This document shows positions 27,744-38,278 of a stretch of 64,000 nt of DNA, piece by piece. The notes beneath the pieces are model-generated. The model saw only the letters and a list, made by a program, of their open reading frames with translations, did not search any database and had not been told where the DNA came from. Source of the stretch: a bacterium (GTDB lineage: Bacteria; Electryoneota; Electryoneia; Electryoneales; Electryoneaceae); NCBI GenBank assembly GCA_963675295.2, contig CAXXKJ010000002.1:2400001-2464000 (forward strand), given 5' to 3'. Each line of letters starts with the position of its first letter. Position 1 is the first letter of the stretch. The position numbers were made by a program, and so were the translations under genes.

Positions 27744-28817
27744 ATGCTGATCGGTTCATCTTTTTTTCCAGCCGGAACGATGATGGTTTCCATGAAGCAA
27801 GTGCCTCGCATTTTCCTGATGCTGCTGCCGGTATTGCTGCTGGTAGTGGGATGCAGCAAGCTCCCGATGGAAGAAACCCGTTCCCTGATGGGGACGCAGG
27901 TAATCATTACCGTCCAGGATTACGACCGCGACCGTTTGAACAGCGATCAGGCGGAAACGGTGATCGATCGTGCGTTTGAGGAAATCAATCGCATCGAAAA
28001 CCTGTGCCGCTGGAGAGAACTGAAGAAGCTCAATTCCTGGGCAGGATTCCAGCCCAGCGCGGCGGGCAGTGAATTGATCGCGTTGATTGACCATGCGTAC
28101 CTGCTGGCCGAAGACACTGGCGGAGCATTCCGTCCGGATTTGGGCCCGTTGACCCGGTTGTGGTCGGTTGGCACGGATAGCGCGCGTATCCCGTTGTATT
28201 GGGAGATCGAGGACGCGCTGGACATCATCCGCCGAACCGAGTTCACCGTGATCGACACGTCAATGGCGCGATTGGATCCGAAAGGCGCGGCATTGGATCT
28301 CGGCGGTGTGGCGAAAGGATATGCGGTCGACCGGGCGTGCGAGGTGTTGAAGCAGAACGGCATCACCGCCGCGATGGTGTGGGCGGGCGGCGACCTGAAG
28401 GTGTTTGGCGACAAGCCGGACGGTGAACCGTGGCGGATCGCGGTGCGTCACCCGCGTAACCCGGAAGAATTCGCTGCCGTGCTGGAGCTGCATGATGACA
28501 TGGCGGTTGCCACATCCGGCGATTATGAGCGCTACTTCGAGATCGACGGCGGCCGGTACCACCATATCCTCGACCCCGAAACCGGCTATCCTGGGATCAA
28601 CTCGATCTCGGCAACCGTGGTGACTGAAAACTGTGTCGATGCCGACGCGTACGCCACAGCGCTGTTCATCATCGGGCCGGAACAGGGGCTGCTTTTTGCC
28701 GAATCGTTCGGCCTCGCCGCGATGATCATGAACGAAGAGGGCGGAGATATCGGCGAGGTGCAGACGGGTTCGTTCAGCCGTCTGCGGTCGGCGAACGAGG
28801 CGGCGGTCGCACCGTGA
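27744..28817 (+). CDS. apbE: FAD:protein FMN transferase (lipoprotein)
   Basis: Lipobox VVGC, LMGT, DLGGVAKGY, ATSGDYER, HHILDP, ADAYATA; start may be slightly downstream. Confidence 0.93.
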   Translation: MLIGSSFFPAGTMMVSMKQVPRIFLMLLPVLLLVVGCSKLPMEETRSLMGTQVIITVQDYDRDRLNSDQAETVIDRAFEEINRIENLCRWRELKKLNSWAGFQPSAAGSELIALIDHAYLLAEDTGGAFRPDLGPLTRLWSVGTDSARIPLYWEIEDALDIIRRTEFTVIDTSMARLDPKGAALDLGGVAKGYAVDRACEVLKQNGITAAMVWAGGDLKVFGDKPDGEPWRIAVRHPRNPEEFAAVLELHDDMAVATSGDYERYFEIDGGRYHHILDPETGYPGINSISATVVTENCVDADAYATALFIIGPEQGLLFAESFGLAAMIMNEEGGDIGEVQTGSFSRLRSANEAAVAP

Positions 28818-29821
28818 GTGACGGGCCGGAACGCATCGCCGTCATCCGCTTCAGTTCTCTCGGCGACATTGTCACCACCGGACCGGCCGTCCGTGCATTG
28901 AAGGCTCGTTTTCCTGATTCCCACCTGGTTTACGTCACCACAACACCCTACAAGGATCTTGCCGCAGCTCTTCCGGGCGTGGACGAGGTTGCCGCTCTGC
29001 GTCGCCGGGGGGACGGGTTTCGCGAGGATGCGGCGCGGCTGGTTGAGATGGGACCGTGGTCACGGGTGGCGGACCTGCAGGGCTCATCACGCAGCGCGAA
29101 ACTGGTCACGTTGATGAATGCGCAAGAGGTGGTGACCGACAAACCGCCGCGAGTGCGACGCTCGTTGTTGTTGCTGACACGCATCCGTTTTGGCCAGTTC
29201 CCGGCCGTGCCGGATCGCATGATCGGGCGGCTGGCGCCGTGGGGAGTGACGGGGGACGGCGGCTCGTTGCGACTTGATATTCCGGATGAAGTGACGGCTG
29301 AGGTCGAACAGCGCTGGGGCGATCAGGTTCGCGAAGCGATCGTGCTGGTGACCGGCGCGAAACACGAAACGAAGCGTTGGCCGGACACCTACTGGCGGGA
29401 GCTGCTGGATTTGCTGCCGTTGGAGAAACCGGTGGTGGTGCTCGGCGGCAAGGGTGAATTTCCCGCCAGTTTCGCCGGTCTCGCGGGAGAGCGCGTGCTT
29501 GACTTGACCGGCGCGACGGGCATTCTTCAAGCCGCTGCCATTTTGAAGCTGGCGTCGCTGGTGATTTCCGGTGATACCGGCCCGATGCACATGGCGGTTG
29601 CGGCCGGGACGCCGTTGGTTGCGCTGTACGGCCCGACGGTGCGCGAGTTCGGCTTTTACCCGTACAAACACGACCGGTCGGTGGTGCTGGAACGCAGGCT
29701 GATGTGCCGGCCCTGCTCGGCTCACGGTTCGGCGCGTTGCCCGTTGGGGCATCACAAGTGTATGCGGGAGATCACTCCGCGCATGGTATCCGACGCCGCC
29801 GCGGATTTGAACCACTGGTAA
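28814..29821 (+). CDS. Glycosyltransferase family 9 (LPS heptosyltransferase)
   Basis: IRFSSLGDIV, KRWP, DTGPMHMA, LYGPT, CRPCS. Confidence 0.92.
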   Translation: MSDGPERIAVIRFSSLGDIVTTGPAVRALKARFPDSHLVYVTTTPYKDLAAALPGVDEVAALRRRGDGFREDAARLVEMGPWSRVADLQGSSRSAKLVTLMNAQEVVTDKPPRVRRSLLLLTRIRFGQFPAVPDRMIGRLAPWGVTGDGGSLRLDIPDEVTAEVEQRWGDQVREAIVLVTGAKHETKRWPDTYWRELLDLLPLEKPVVVLGGKGEFPASFAGLAGERVLDLTGATGILQAAAILKLASLVISGDTGPMHMAVAAGTPLVALYGPTVREFGFYPYKHDRSVVLERRLMCRPCSAHGSARCPLGHHKCMREITPRMVSDAAADLNHW

Positions 29822-29842
29822 TTCTTAACCATCTTCGCCTCC

Positions 29843-31123
29843 ATGATCTGGAGAATCCTCTACAATATCCTCGCCGCGCCGGCGCTGAAGCTCGTTTTGC
29901 TGATCGCCGGGCTGTTCAGCGAAAAGGTGCGCCGTGGCATCAAAGGCCGGATGGGCGAGGGCGACCGCCTGCGTGGCGCGCGTGCCCGTTGCCAGGAGGG
30001 TTCGCCGCGTGTGCTGGTGCATTGCGCCTCGGCGGGGGAGTTGGAGAGCGCGATCCCGATTATTCGTGAGATGAAGCGCCAGAGTGACGTCTGCATCATC
30101 CTCAGCTACTATTCCCCCAGCGCAGTCAACCGTGTCGCCGGGGTGGACGAGATCTCAGACCACATTTACCTGCCATTTGACTCACCGCGCCGTGTCCGGC
30201 GTTTGTTGGATATCATCGACCCGTCACTGATTCTCGTGATCAAGCATGACCTGTGGCCGAACCTGGTGTGGCAGGCGAAAAAGCGGAACGTTCCGGTGGT
30301 TCTGGCGAACGCGTACAGCCGCCGTGACTCGATGCTGCTGCGGCAACGGATGCTGATCCCGTTCTCGCGGGAGCTGAACGGGTCGCTCGCCGAAATTCAC
30401 GCGGTTACCGAAAGCGACGCCAGCCGCTGGCGGTTTCTATCGGGACGCAAGGTGGACGTGCTCGCGACCGGCGACACGCGTTTCGACCGGGTCCGTGAAC
30501 GTGCGCTCAACAGCGCCGGGGACCAGGGCGAGCTGAAGCGCCGGTTGTCAGGGATGAAGGTGTTTGTCGCGGGCAGTACGTGGCCGGTGGACGAAAAGAT
30601 GTTCCACGACGCGTGGCAGGAGCTGAGCGTGGAAGGCCGGCTGTTGATGCTGGTTCCGCATGAGATTGGCGAGGAACACCTGAGCCAGATCGAGCAGGAC
30701 TTCGCTGAGTTCGGTGTCGTGCGCCTGTCGCAGCTCAAGCCGGACAACCGTGAGACGGTGCTGCTGGTTGACCAGATGGGCATCCTGGCGGGCCTGTACG
30801 GGCTTGGGGTCGGTGCGTATGTTGGCGGCGGGTTCGGCGTCGGGGTGCACTCGGTGATCGAACCGGCGGTGTTCGGCATTCCGGTCTCGTTTGGCCCGAA
30901 GTACGAGATGAGCCCGGAAGCAAAAGAGCTGAAGCGGCGCAAGGGCGCGGAACTGATTGAGGACGGAGACGCGTTGAAACAGTTCATGGCCGCGTGCCTT
31001 GAAGGCCAACCGTCGCACCTGGACATCGGCAAATGTGCCGGCGAGTTCGTCGAAGAGAAGGCCGGTGTCACCCGCAATCTGGTCACGCACCTCACCCAGC
31101 GTTACCTCACCATCTCCGGCTGA
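29843..31123 (+). CDS. waaA: Kdo transferase
   Basis: HCASAGE, YLPFD, DLWPN, GDTRFD, AGSTW, HSVIEPA. Confidence 0.9.
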   Translation: MIWRILYNILAAPALKLVLLIAGLFSEKVRRGIKGRMGEGDRLRGARARCQEGSPRVLVHCASAGELESAIPIIREMKRQSDVCIILSYYSPSAVNRVAGVDEISDHIYLPFDSPRRVRRLLDIIDPSLILVIKHDLWPNLVWQAKKRNVPVVLANAYSRRDSMLLRQRMLIPFSRELNGSLAEIHAVTESDASRWRFLSGRKVDVLATGDTRFDRVRERALNSAGDQGELKRRLSGMKVFVAGSTWPVDEKMFHDAWQELSVEGRLLMLVPHEIGEEHLSQIEQDFAEFGVVRLSQLKPDNRETVLLVDQMGILAGLYGLGVGAYVGGGFGVGVHSVIEPAVFGIPVSFGPKYEMSPEAKELKRRKGAELIEDGDALKQFMAACLEGQPSHLDIGKCAGEFVEEKAGVTRNLVTHLTQRYLTISG

Positions 31124-31151
31124 CCGGACCCAACCCCGGGACAACCCAGCC

Positions 31152-32732
31152 ATGAACCCATCCGCAGAACCGGCCCCGTTGCTTGCCCTGGACGACGTTT
31201 CGTACAGCGTGAAAGGCGAGCCGATTCTGGAGCGGTTACGTTTCTCCGTGCGGAAAGGCGAACTGGTTGTGATCGCGGGCCGCAGCGGCTCGGGTAAGAC
31301 GACGCTGCTGAAGCTCGCCGCCGGACTGATCCATCCCGATCGCGGACGTGTGCAGGCACCCGTTCCGGGCGACGATAACGGCAACGGCAATGGGAACGGA
31401 AAACGCAGCCTGCCACGGATCGCGTTTGTCCGTCAGCAACCGGAAAACCAGCTTGTCGCGGGCACGGTGGAGGAGGAAGTGGCGTTCGCGCTGGGGTTGA
31501 CCGAGATGCCGCGCGCTACGGTCGAGAATAAGGTGGAAGCCGCCCTGCGTGCGACCGGTCTGCTTGACATCCGCAAGCAGCCGCCGCACACCCTCTCCGG
31601 CGGAATGATGCAACGTCTCGCGATTGCCGCTGCCCTCGCGATGAAACCCAGCCTGTGGTTGTTCGACGAGCCGACCTCGTACCTCGATCCACCGTCGCGG
31701 AAGCAGGTTCATGATCTCGCCCGGCGCGAGGCGAAGCAGAGCGCGGTGGTGTATGTCGCGTCCGACCCGCGTGAATGGCGGTTGGGCAACCGGCTGATCG
31801 TGGTAAGCCAGGGGCGGATTGTCGCCGACGGCAAGCCGGACGAGGTGCTCGCCTGTGATGAGGTGCGGGAAACCGGGCTGATTGAACCAGACACGCCGGC
31901 GGTGTGGGAGCGATTGTTCAACGGGGGATCGCCCACGCAGACGAAGAAATCCGGGAAACGGGACAACCTCCCAGAGTCGCAGATGTCTCTGTCGCTCGCC
32001 GTACCTTTGGCAAATTCCGGCTTCACGCCGTTTTTGCGGGCGGATGCGGTGAGTGCGTCCCGCAATGCCCTGCTGAGTGAAAAACGGCAGGTGCTTCACG
32101 ATCTCAGCTTGTCGATTGGCGCGGGCGAATGCGTTGCGTTGATCGGTCCGGCCGGGGCGGGGAAGACGACGTTGCTGGAGGTGCTGGCCGGCTTGACGCC
32201 GCTGGACTCCGGAAAGTTGCAGCACGAACCGCAAGCGGACGACGAAAAGCACGATTCCGCCGCCGGGTTGGCGTTCCAATTCCCGGAACGGCAGTTCTTC
32301 GCCGAGACGGTGCTGGAGGAGATCGCGTACGGGGTCCGAAACGCAGGAGTGGCGAAGGAAACCGCCGGTCGTGTTGCGTTGGAAGCGTTGTGGCAGGTCG
32401 GGCTCGGGTTAGAACACGCCGGCCGTAGCCCATTCGACTTGAGCGGTGGTGAAGCACGGCGGGTGGCGCTGGCGATTGTGCTGGCGCGACGCCCGCGATT
32501 GCTGTTGCTGGACGAACCGACCGCCGGGCTGGATGTCGCCGACGCGGAGCGGATTGGCGAGTTGATTCAGAAGCAGGTTGAGGACGGTAGTTCGGTGGTG
32601 GTAAGCGGGCACGATCTGGATCGTTTCGCCGAGTGGTGCCCACGATGGATTTTGTTGAAAGACGGGACGATTCATCATGACGGCCCGCCTGATGAGATGA
32701 GTGACGACGTGCGTAAAACCTTTTGGTCTTGA
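31152..32732 (+). CDS. ECF-type ABC transporter ATPase with two fused NBDs
   Basis: Two Walker A (GRSGSGKTT, GPAGAGKTT), QPENQL and QFPERQF Q-helices, LSGG signatures, SPFDLSGGE. Confidence 0.88.
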   Translation: MNPSAEPAPLLALDDVSYSVKGEPILERLRFSVRKGELVVIAGRSGSGKTTLLKLAAGLIHPDRGRVQAPVPGDDNGNGNGNGKRSLPRIAFVRQQPENQLVAGTVEEEVAFALGLTEMPRATVENKVEAALRATGLLDIRKQPPHTLSGGMMQRLAIAAALAMKPSLWLFDEPTSYLDPPSRKQVHDLARREAKQSAVVYVASDPREWRLGNRLIVVSQGRIVADGKPDEVLACDEVRETGLIEPDTPAVWERLFNGGSPTQTKKSGKRDNLPESQMSLSLAVPLANSGFTPFLRADAVSASRNALLSEKRQVLHDLSLSIGAGECVALIGPAGAGKTTLLEVLAGLTPLDSGKLQHEPQADDEKHDSAAGLAFQFPERQFFAETVLEEIAYGVRNAGVAKETAGRVALEALWQVGLGLEHAGRSPFDLSGGEARRVALAIVLARRPRLLLLDEPTAGLDVADAERIGELIQKQVEDGSSVVVSGHDLDRFAEWCPRWILLKDGTIHHDGPPDEMSDDVRKTFWS

Positions 32733-32891
32733 GATACCCACCGTCAACGCAGCGGGGATCAGGGACGGCAATTCTGGTCTCCGGGTGAAGGTGAACCCGG
32801 CCTGATTCCATTTGCGATGGCGTTGTGAAACGGTAACGTTTGGCCTGATTCATCCGTTGCAAGGGTTTGCGGCGGAAAGTGCGAGGAAGCG

Positions 32892-34097
32892 ATGAAGATT
32901 TTGACGTTGAACTGCGGCAGTTCGTCCATCAAGTACCAGCTGTTTACGATTGCTGACGACGAAGAGAAGGTGTTGGCCAAGGGTGCGGTGGAACGCATCG
33001 GGATGAAGGGTGCGATCCTCAAGCACGAGCGGTACGATGGCGACAAAGTCAAGGTCGCGGGTGAAATCGTCGATCATGGCGCGGCGATTGAGTATATCCT
33101 CGCCATTTTGCTGTCGGACAACCACGGCGTGATCCGTAACCGGGAAGAGATCGAGGCTGTTGGACACCGTGTTGTCCACGGCGGCGAAGTGTTTACCGGG
33201 TCGGTGGCGATCAAGCCGGAAGTGATGGAAGCGTTGAACGAGTGCATCGAGCTCGCGCCGTTGCACAACCCGGCGAACATCAAGGGTATCGTCGCCTGCC
33301 AGCGGATGATGAAGAATGTGCCGATGGTCGGTGTGTTCGACACGGCGTTCCATCACACGTTGCCGGATTACGCGTACCTGTACGGCCTGCCGTACGTGCT
33401 GTACAAGCGGTATGGCGTGCGCCGGTATGGTTTCCACGGCACCAGCCATTTCTACGTCGCCAACCGTGCGAGCGCGATGGTCGGCAAGCCGTTGAGCGAG
33501 ATGAAGGTGGTGACCGCGCACCTGGGCAACGGTGCGTCGATGGCCGCAGTCGATCAGGGCAAGTCGATTGACACGACGATGGGTATGACGCCGCTGGAAG
33601 GGCTGCTGATGGGCACGCGTACCGGCGATATCGACGCCGGCGCTGTGCTGCACATCATCGGCCGTGAAGAATTGACACTGGGCGAAGTGAACACGCTGCT
33701 CAACAAGCACAGCGGGCTGATCGGGCTCAGCGGTGTGTCGTCGGACATGCGTGAGATCGAGGAGGAGATGCAGGCGGGCAATGATCGCGCCCGCCTCGCG
33801 TTTGACGTGTTCTGCTACCGGGTGAAAAAGTACGTCGGCGCGTTCGCTGCGGCGATGGGCGGCGTGGACACGCTGGTCTTCACCGGTGGCATCGGCGAGA
33901 ATTCCGACCTGCTTCGGGCAGAAGTCGCGAAGGGGTTGGGCTTCCTCGGCATCGAGATTGATGACGAGAAAAACCAGGTGCGCGGCGGCGAACGTGCGAT
34001 CCACAGCGATTCGAGTAAGGTGAACGTGTTCGTCATTCCGACGAACGAGGAGCTCGTCATCGCGCGCGAAACGAAACGTGTGCTCGCTGAGAATTGA
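32892..34097 (+). CDS. ackA: Acetate kinase
   Basis: LNCGSSSIK, GHRVVHGG, APLHNP, FDTAFH, HLGNG, IPTNEE. Confidence 0.97.
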   Translation: MKILTLNCGSSSIKYQLFTIADDEEKVLAKGAVERIGMKGAILKHERYDGDKVKVAGEIVDHGAAIEYILAILLSDNHGVIRNREEIEAVGHRVVHGGEVFTGSVAIKPEVMEALNECIELAPLHNPANIKGIVACQRMMKNVPMVGVFDTAFHHTLPDYAYLYGLPYVLYKRYGVRRYGFHGTSHFYVANRASAMVGKPLSEMKVVTAHLGNGASMAAVDQGKSIDTTMGMTPLEGLLMGTRTGDIDAGAVLHIIGREELTLGEVNTLLNKHSGLIGLSGVSSDMREIEEEMQAGNDRARLAFDVFCYRVKKYVGAFAAAMGGVDTLVFTGGIGENSDLLRAEVAKGLGFLGIEIDDEKNQVRGGERAIHSDSSKVNVFVIPTNEELVIARETKRVLAEN

Positions 34098-34127
34098 TCA
34101 GCGGCGTGACAATAACGGGCAAGGCCC

Positions 34128-35159
34128 ATGCATGAAAAACTGACGGAATTGCAGTCCCTGCGGGAGGCGTTCGAGAAGGATATCGCCGCCGTTACCTCGC
34201 AGGACACTCTGGAAGAGGTGCGCGTTCGCTATATCGGACGCAAGGGGTCGATCGCCGAACTGTTCAAGCAGATGGGCAAGATCGATCCGTCGATTCGCGG
34301 TGAGTTCGGCAAGACGCTGAACATGCTGAAGAACGACGCCACTGCGAAGATCGAAGGGATGGCGCGCGAGCTGGAACAGGCGGAAACGCTGGCCGGGTTC
34401 GACCCGACGCTGCCCGCACGTCCGATCGCGCAGGGATCGTACCACCCGATCACGTTGATTGAACGTGAGGTCAAGCGGATTTTCACGCGGATGGGCTTCG
34501 CGATCAAGCGCGGGCCGGAAGTCGAAGACGTGTGGCACAACTTCGACGCGTTGAACACGCCGGACTGGCACCCGTCCCGCGATGAGTCGGACACGTTATA
34601 CCTCGCGGACATCCCGAACATGCTGCTGCGGACCGAAACCAGCCCGGTACAGATCCGCACGATGCAGGCGCAGAAGCCGCCGATCCGGATTGTTGCCCCG
34701 GGACGTGTGTTCCGTAACGACAAGCCCGATCCGACGCACTCGCCGATGTTCACGCAGCTGGAAGGGCTGTACGTGGACAAGGGCGTGACGTTCGCGGATC
34801 TCAAGGGGACGGTGCTGCAGTTCTACCGTCACCTGTTGGGCAAGAACGTAGTGACGCGTTTCCGTCCGCATTTCTTCCCGTTCACCGAACCGTCCGCGGA
34901 AGTGGACGTTTCCTGCCCGTTCTGCGGTGGGGACGGCTGCCGCGTCTGCAAGCACAGCGGCTGGATCGAGGTTGGCGGAAGCGGGATGGTCGACCCGAAC
35001 GTGCTGGAAACGGTCGGCATTGACCCGGAAATCTACACGGGCTGGGCGTTTGGCCTGGGAATCGAACGGATGACCATGTTGCTGTACGGCGTGGATGATA
35101 TTCGCCTGTTCTACGAGAACGACATTCGTTTCCTCTCGCAGTTCGGAGGCCGCCGATGA
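34128..35159 (+). CDS. pheS: Phenylalanine-tRNA ligase alpha subunit
   Basis: NFDALN, TSPVQIR, FRPHFFPFTEPS, WAFGLGIER. Confidence 0.98.
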   Translation: MHEKLTELQSLREAFEKDIAAVTSQDTLEEVRVRYIGRKGSIAELFKQMGKIDPSIRGEFGKTLNMLKNDATAKIEGMARELEQAETLAGFDPTLPARPIAQGSYHPITLIEREVKRIFTRMGFAIKRGPEVEDVWHNFDALNTPDWHPSRDESDTLYLADIPNMLLRTETSPVQIRTMQAQKPPIRIVAPGRVFRNDKPDPTHSPMFTQLEGLYVDKGVTFADLKGTVLQFYRHLLGKNVVTRFRPHFFPFTEPSAEVDVSCPFCGGDGCRVCKHSGWIEVGGSGMVDPNVLETVGIDPEIYTGWAFGLGIERMTMLLYGVDDIRLFYENDIRFLSQFGGRR

Positions 35160-37564
35160 AGATCTCACTGAACTGGTTGCGTGATTTCGTCGACTTCGAC
35201 GAATCCCCCGAAGAAATCGCCGAGATCCTCACATTCCTCAATTTCGAGTGTGAGGGAATCGAACGGATCAAGCGGTATGTGGACGGCGTCGTTGTCGGCA
35301 AGGTGCTGGAAAGCGTTCCTCATCCGAACGCCGACAAGCTGCAATTGACGAAGGTGGACATCGGCGGCGAGGTGCTGCCGATTGTCTGCGGCGCGCCGAA
35401 CTGCCGCGAGGGACTGATCGTCCCGGTGGCCACGGTCGGCACGCAGATCGGCGAATTCACCATTGACGCGCGCAAGCTGCGTGGCGAGATGTCGCAGGGC
35501 ATGATCCTCTCCGAAGCGGAGATGAAGATCAGCGAGAATCACGGTGGCATTCTCGAACTCGGTGCCGGATTCAACGTTGGCGATGATTTCAGCAAAGTGG
35601 TTCCGGCGGAAGACGCCGTGCTCGAATTCGAGATCACGGTCAACCGTCCAGACGCATTGTCGCACATCGGCATCGCGCGTGAACTGGCGGCGCATTGGGG
35701 CCGTCCGCTGCGACTGCCATCGTTCGAGGTGCAGGAGACCAGCTCGCGCAAGGTCGCGGATGAGCTGATGATCGACATCACCGCCCCGGAGCAGTGTCCG
35801 CGCTATGTCGGCCGCAAGGTGACCGGTGTGACGGTGATGGACAGCCCGCTGTGGATGAAGGCGCGGCTGGCGAGCATCGGGCAGCGTCCGATCAGCAACG
35901 TCGTCGACATAACGAACTACATCCTGTTCGAACTCGGGCAGCCGTTGCACGCGTTCGACGCCGGCCAGATCAAGGATGGGCATATCATCGTGCGGATGGC
36001 GAACGAGCGCGAGAAGTTTGTCACCCTCGACGACAAGCCGCGCAAGCTGGTGGCGTCCGACCTGATGATCGCCGACCCGGAGAAAGGTGTGGCGCTCGGT
36101 GGCGTGATGGGCGGCGCGAACAGCGAAGTGACCGACACGACGAAAGACGTGATCATCGAAGCGGCGTATTTCGACCCGCCGACGATCCGAAAGACGGCGA
36201 AGCGGTTGGGTTTGCCGTCGGAAGCATCACGCCGGTTCGAGCGTGGAGCCGATCCGGGCATGCAACCGAACGCTGCCGCACGGTGCGCGGAACTGTTCCG
36301 TTTGCATGCAGGCGCGGAGGTGTTGCAGGGCCAGGTGGATGCGCACCCGGCTCCGGTCGCACGTCCGCCGGTGAGCTACCGTCCGCAGCGCGCGGGCGTG
36401 GTGCTCGGCTTTGATGTGGCGAAAGATGACGCGGTGAAGGTGTTCCAGTCGCTGGAGTTTGGCGTCGAGGACAAGGGTGAGACAGTTGTCGTCACCCCGC
36501 CGAGCTGGCGTCACGATATCGAACGTGAGATCGACCTGGTGGAAGAGGTCGCGCGTCACGTCGGGTACGACAAGGTGCCGACGGCGGAATCGTCGCGTGT
36601 CGTATTGTCGAGTGAGGATCCACCGCTGGAACGGATGCTCGACACGGCGGTCGATACGATGGTCGCGCTCGGATTCCGGGAAGCGAACTGCTCAGCGATG
36701 ACCTCAGGTGAGGATCATGAGGCGTTCGCGGGCGGATTGAAGCCATACGTGATCAACCGCCCGATCAATCCGGAGATGAGTGTCTATCGGGCGTCCCTGA
36801 TCCCGGGATTGCTGCGTGTGGTCGAGCACAACCTGAACCGTGGCTTCGAAGACGTATTCCTGTTCGAAGCTGGGCAGGTGGGTGGTGAAGGCTGGCTGGG
36901 GACCGAAGGCGGCCAGCGGCTGCACCTCGGATTCGCGATGGTCGGCAACTGGATCCCGCAGGCGTACGACCGGGAAGGCGAAGCTGTTGATCTCGCGGAG
37001 GTTAAAACGGTTCTGAATGAACTGGCGCGTGGATTGACGCTTGATTTACCTCTGCGGTTTGACTACACTACTCCAGATAATCTCATGCTCGGCGTCAAAC
37101 TCCTGTTGGAAGATGGCTCATTGACGGGAGTTGCAGGCCAGCTGAAGCCGGAACTTGCAGAACGATTTGGAGTCGAGCGGCCGGTGTATGTCGGTGAGAT
37201 CGACCTTGAGCGTTGGGTCAAGCCGGTGGCGGGCGAGCTTCGGTTGCCCGGTATCCGGGGTGGCTACCAGCGGTTCTCGCGATTCCCGGCGAATGTGCGT
37301 GACGTGGCGTTTGTAGTGCCGATCAGCACCCCGGCAGAAGATGTCCGGGGAGCATTGCTGGAGCACTCAAGCGAGTTGCTGGAAGATGTGGTTTTGTTTG
37401 ATCTTTATAAGGGCAAGCCGTTGGCGTCCGATGAACGCTCGTTGGCGTTCCGGGCAACGTTCCGTGCTCCGGATCGAACGTTGACCGATGAGGACATTGA
37501 TCCGGTCATCGAAGGGATGATCGCTGCAGCGGAGAAATTGAACGGAGTTCGCTTACGGGGGTAG
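35156..37564 (+). CDS. pheT: Phenylalanine-tRNA ligase beta subunit
   Basis: HPNADKL, IVCGAPN, NRPDALS, NVVDITNY, RFERG, DLVEEVAR, C-terminal anticodon-binding domain. Confidence 0.98.
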   Translation: MKISLNWLRDFVDFDESPEEIAEILTFLNFECEGIERIKRYVDGVVVGKVLESVPHPNADKLQLTKVDIGGEVLPIVCGAPNCREGLIVPVATVGTQIGEFTIDARKLRGEMSQGMILSEAEMKISENHGGILELGAGFNVGDDFSKVVPAEDAVLEFEITVNRPDALSHIGIARELAAHWGRPLRLPSFEVQETSSRKVADELMIDITAPEQCPRYVGRKVTGVTVMDSPLWMKARLASIGQRPISNVVDITNYILFELGQPLHAFDAGQIKDGHIIVRMANEREKFVTLDDKPRKLVASDLMIADPEKGVALGGVMGGANSEVTDTTKDVIIEAAYFDPPTIRKTAKRLGLPSEASRRFERGADPGMQPNAAARCAELFRLHAGAEVLQGQVDAHPAPVARPPVSYRPQRAGVVLGFDVAKDDAVKVFQSLEFGVEDKGETVVVTPPSWRHDIEREIDLVEEVARHVGYDKVPTAESSRVVLSSEDPPLERMLDTAVDTMVALGFREANCSAMTSGEDHEAFAGGLKPYVINRPINPEMSVYRASLIPGLLRVVEHNLNRGFEDVFLFEAGQVGGEGWLGTEGGQRLHLGFAMVGNWIPQAYDREGEAVDLAEVKTVLNELARGLTLDLPLRFDYTTPDNLMLGVKLLLEDGSLTGVAGQLKPELAERFGVERPVYVGEIDLERWVKPVAGELRLPGIRGGYQRFSRFPANVRDVAFVVPISTPAEDVRGALLEHSSELLEDVVLFDLYKGKPLASDERSLAFRATFRAPDRTLTDEDIDPVIEGMIAAAEKLNGVRLRG
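37041..37069 (+). promoter_or_regulatory. Putative internal promoter in pheT
   Basis: TTGATT-17 bp-TACACT within a locally AT-rich coding stretch. Confidence 0.5.
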
Positions 37565-37594
37565 TCAGCCTGAGCGACAAGGGGAGACTGGCAG

Positions 37595-37885
37595 GTGGAA
37601 ACTGGAACTGCGCCAGGCTTGGCAGAGCTGAGTACGCTTGAAGAGAAGGTTGATCGCGTTGCGGGGATGCTGGAAGAGCAGCAGGCCCGGAATCGTGAGT
37701 TGACTGCGGAAGTAGAAGATCTGCGCGAACAGTTGTCCGTGCGGGAGACCACCGTGGAAGAGCTTCAGCGGGAGTTGGAGGACGCTCGCAAGCATCGCCG
37801 TGATCCGGCGAAGGAGGAGCTGATCCGCGGGAAATTGACGACCTTGCTGAGCAGGATTGAGTCTCTGGAACAGGAGACGGCATAG
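37595..37885 (+). CDS. ZapB-like coiled-coil protein
   Basis: Heptad coiled coil LEEKVDRV...LLSRIESLE; lies between pheT and zapA; GGAG upstream. Confidence 0.75.
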   Translation: METGTAPGLAELSTLEEKVDRVAGMLEEQQARNRELTAEVEDLREQLSVRETTVEELQRELEDARKHRRDPAKEELIRGKLTTLLSRIESLEQETA

Positions 37886-37950
37886 TCGTCGTATGGGGAT
37901 CGTGGAAGTATCCTGGGGGTTGGAACCGGACCTGGACCTGAGGATTATAG

Positions 37951-38256
37951 GTGAACGAGACAGCACAGGTCGTAAACGTTTCGATTTTCGGTAGTGAATA
38001 TCCGATCCGTGCGCGTTTGTCGGATGAAGCATATGTACGTCAGGTTGCGTCGGTCGTGGATGCTCGCATGCGTGAGGTCCACGAGTCGATGAAACCGTCA
38101 TCCACTTTGAAGGTTGCGATTCTGGCGGCCTTGAACATTGCGGACGAATTGCTGACTACCCAGGAGGACAAGAAACGAGTTGACAGCTCGTATCGTGAAA
38201 GGATAACATTGCTTTCCGATCGTCTGGACGAGCTGCTTACGCAGCCGGAGTCCTGA
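37951..38256 (+). CDS. zapA: Cell division protein ZapA
   Basis: VSIFGSEY, VASVVDARM, VAILAALNIADEL. Confidence 0.93.
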   Translation: MNETAQVVNVSIFGSEYPIRARLSDEAYVRQVASVVDARMREVHESMKPSSTLKVAILAALNIADELLTTQEDKKRVDSSYRERITLLSDRLDELLTQPES

Positions 38257-38278
38257 TCGGCAGGCATTTACACGACTC

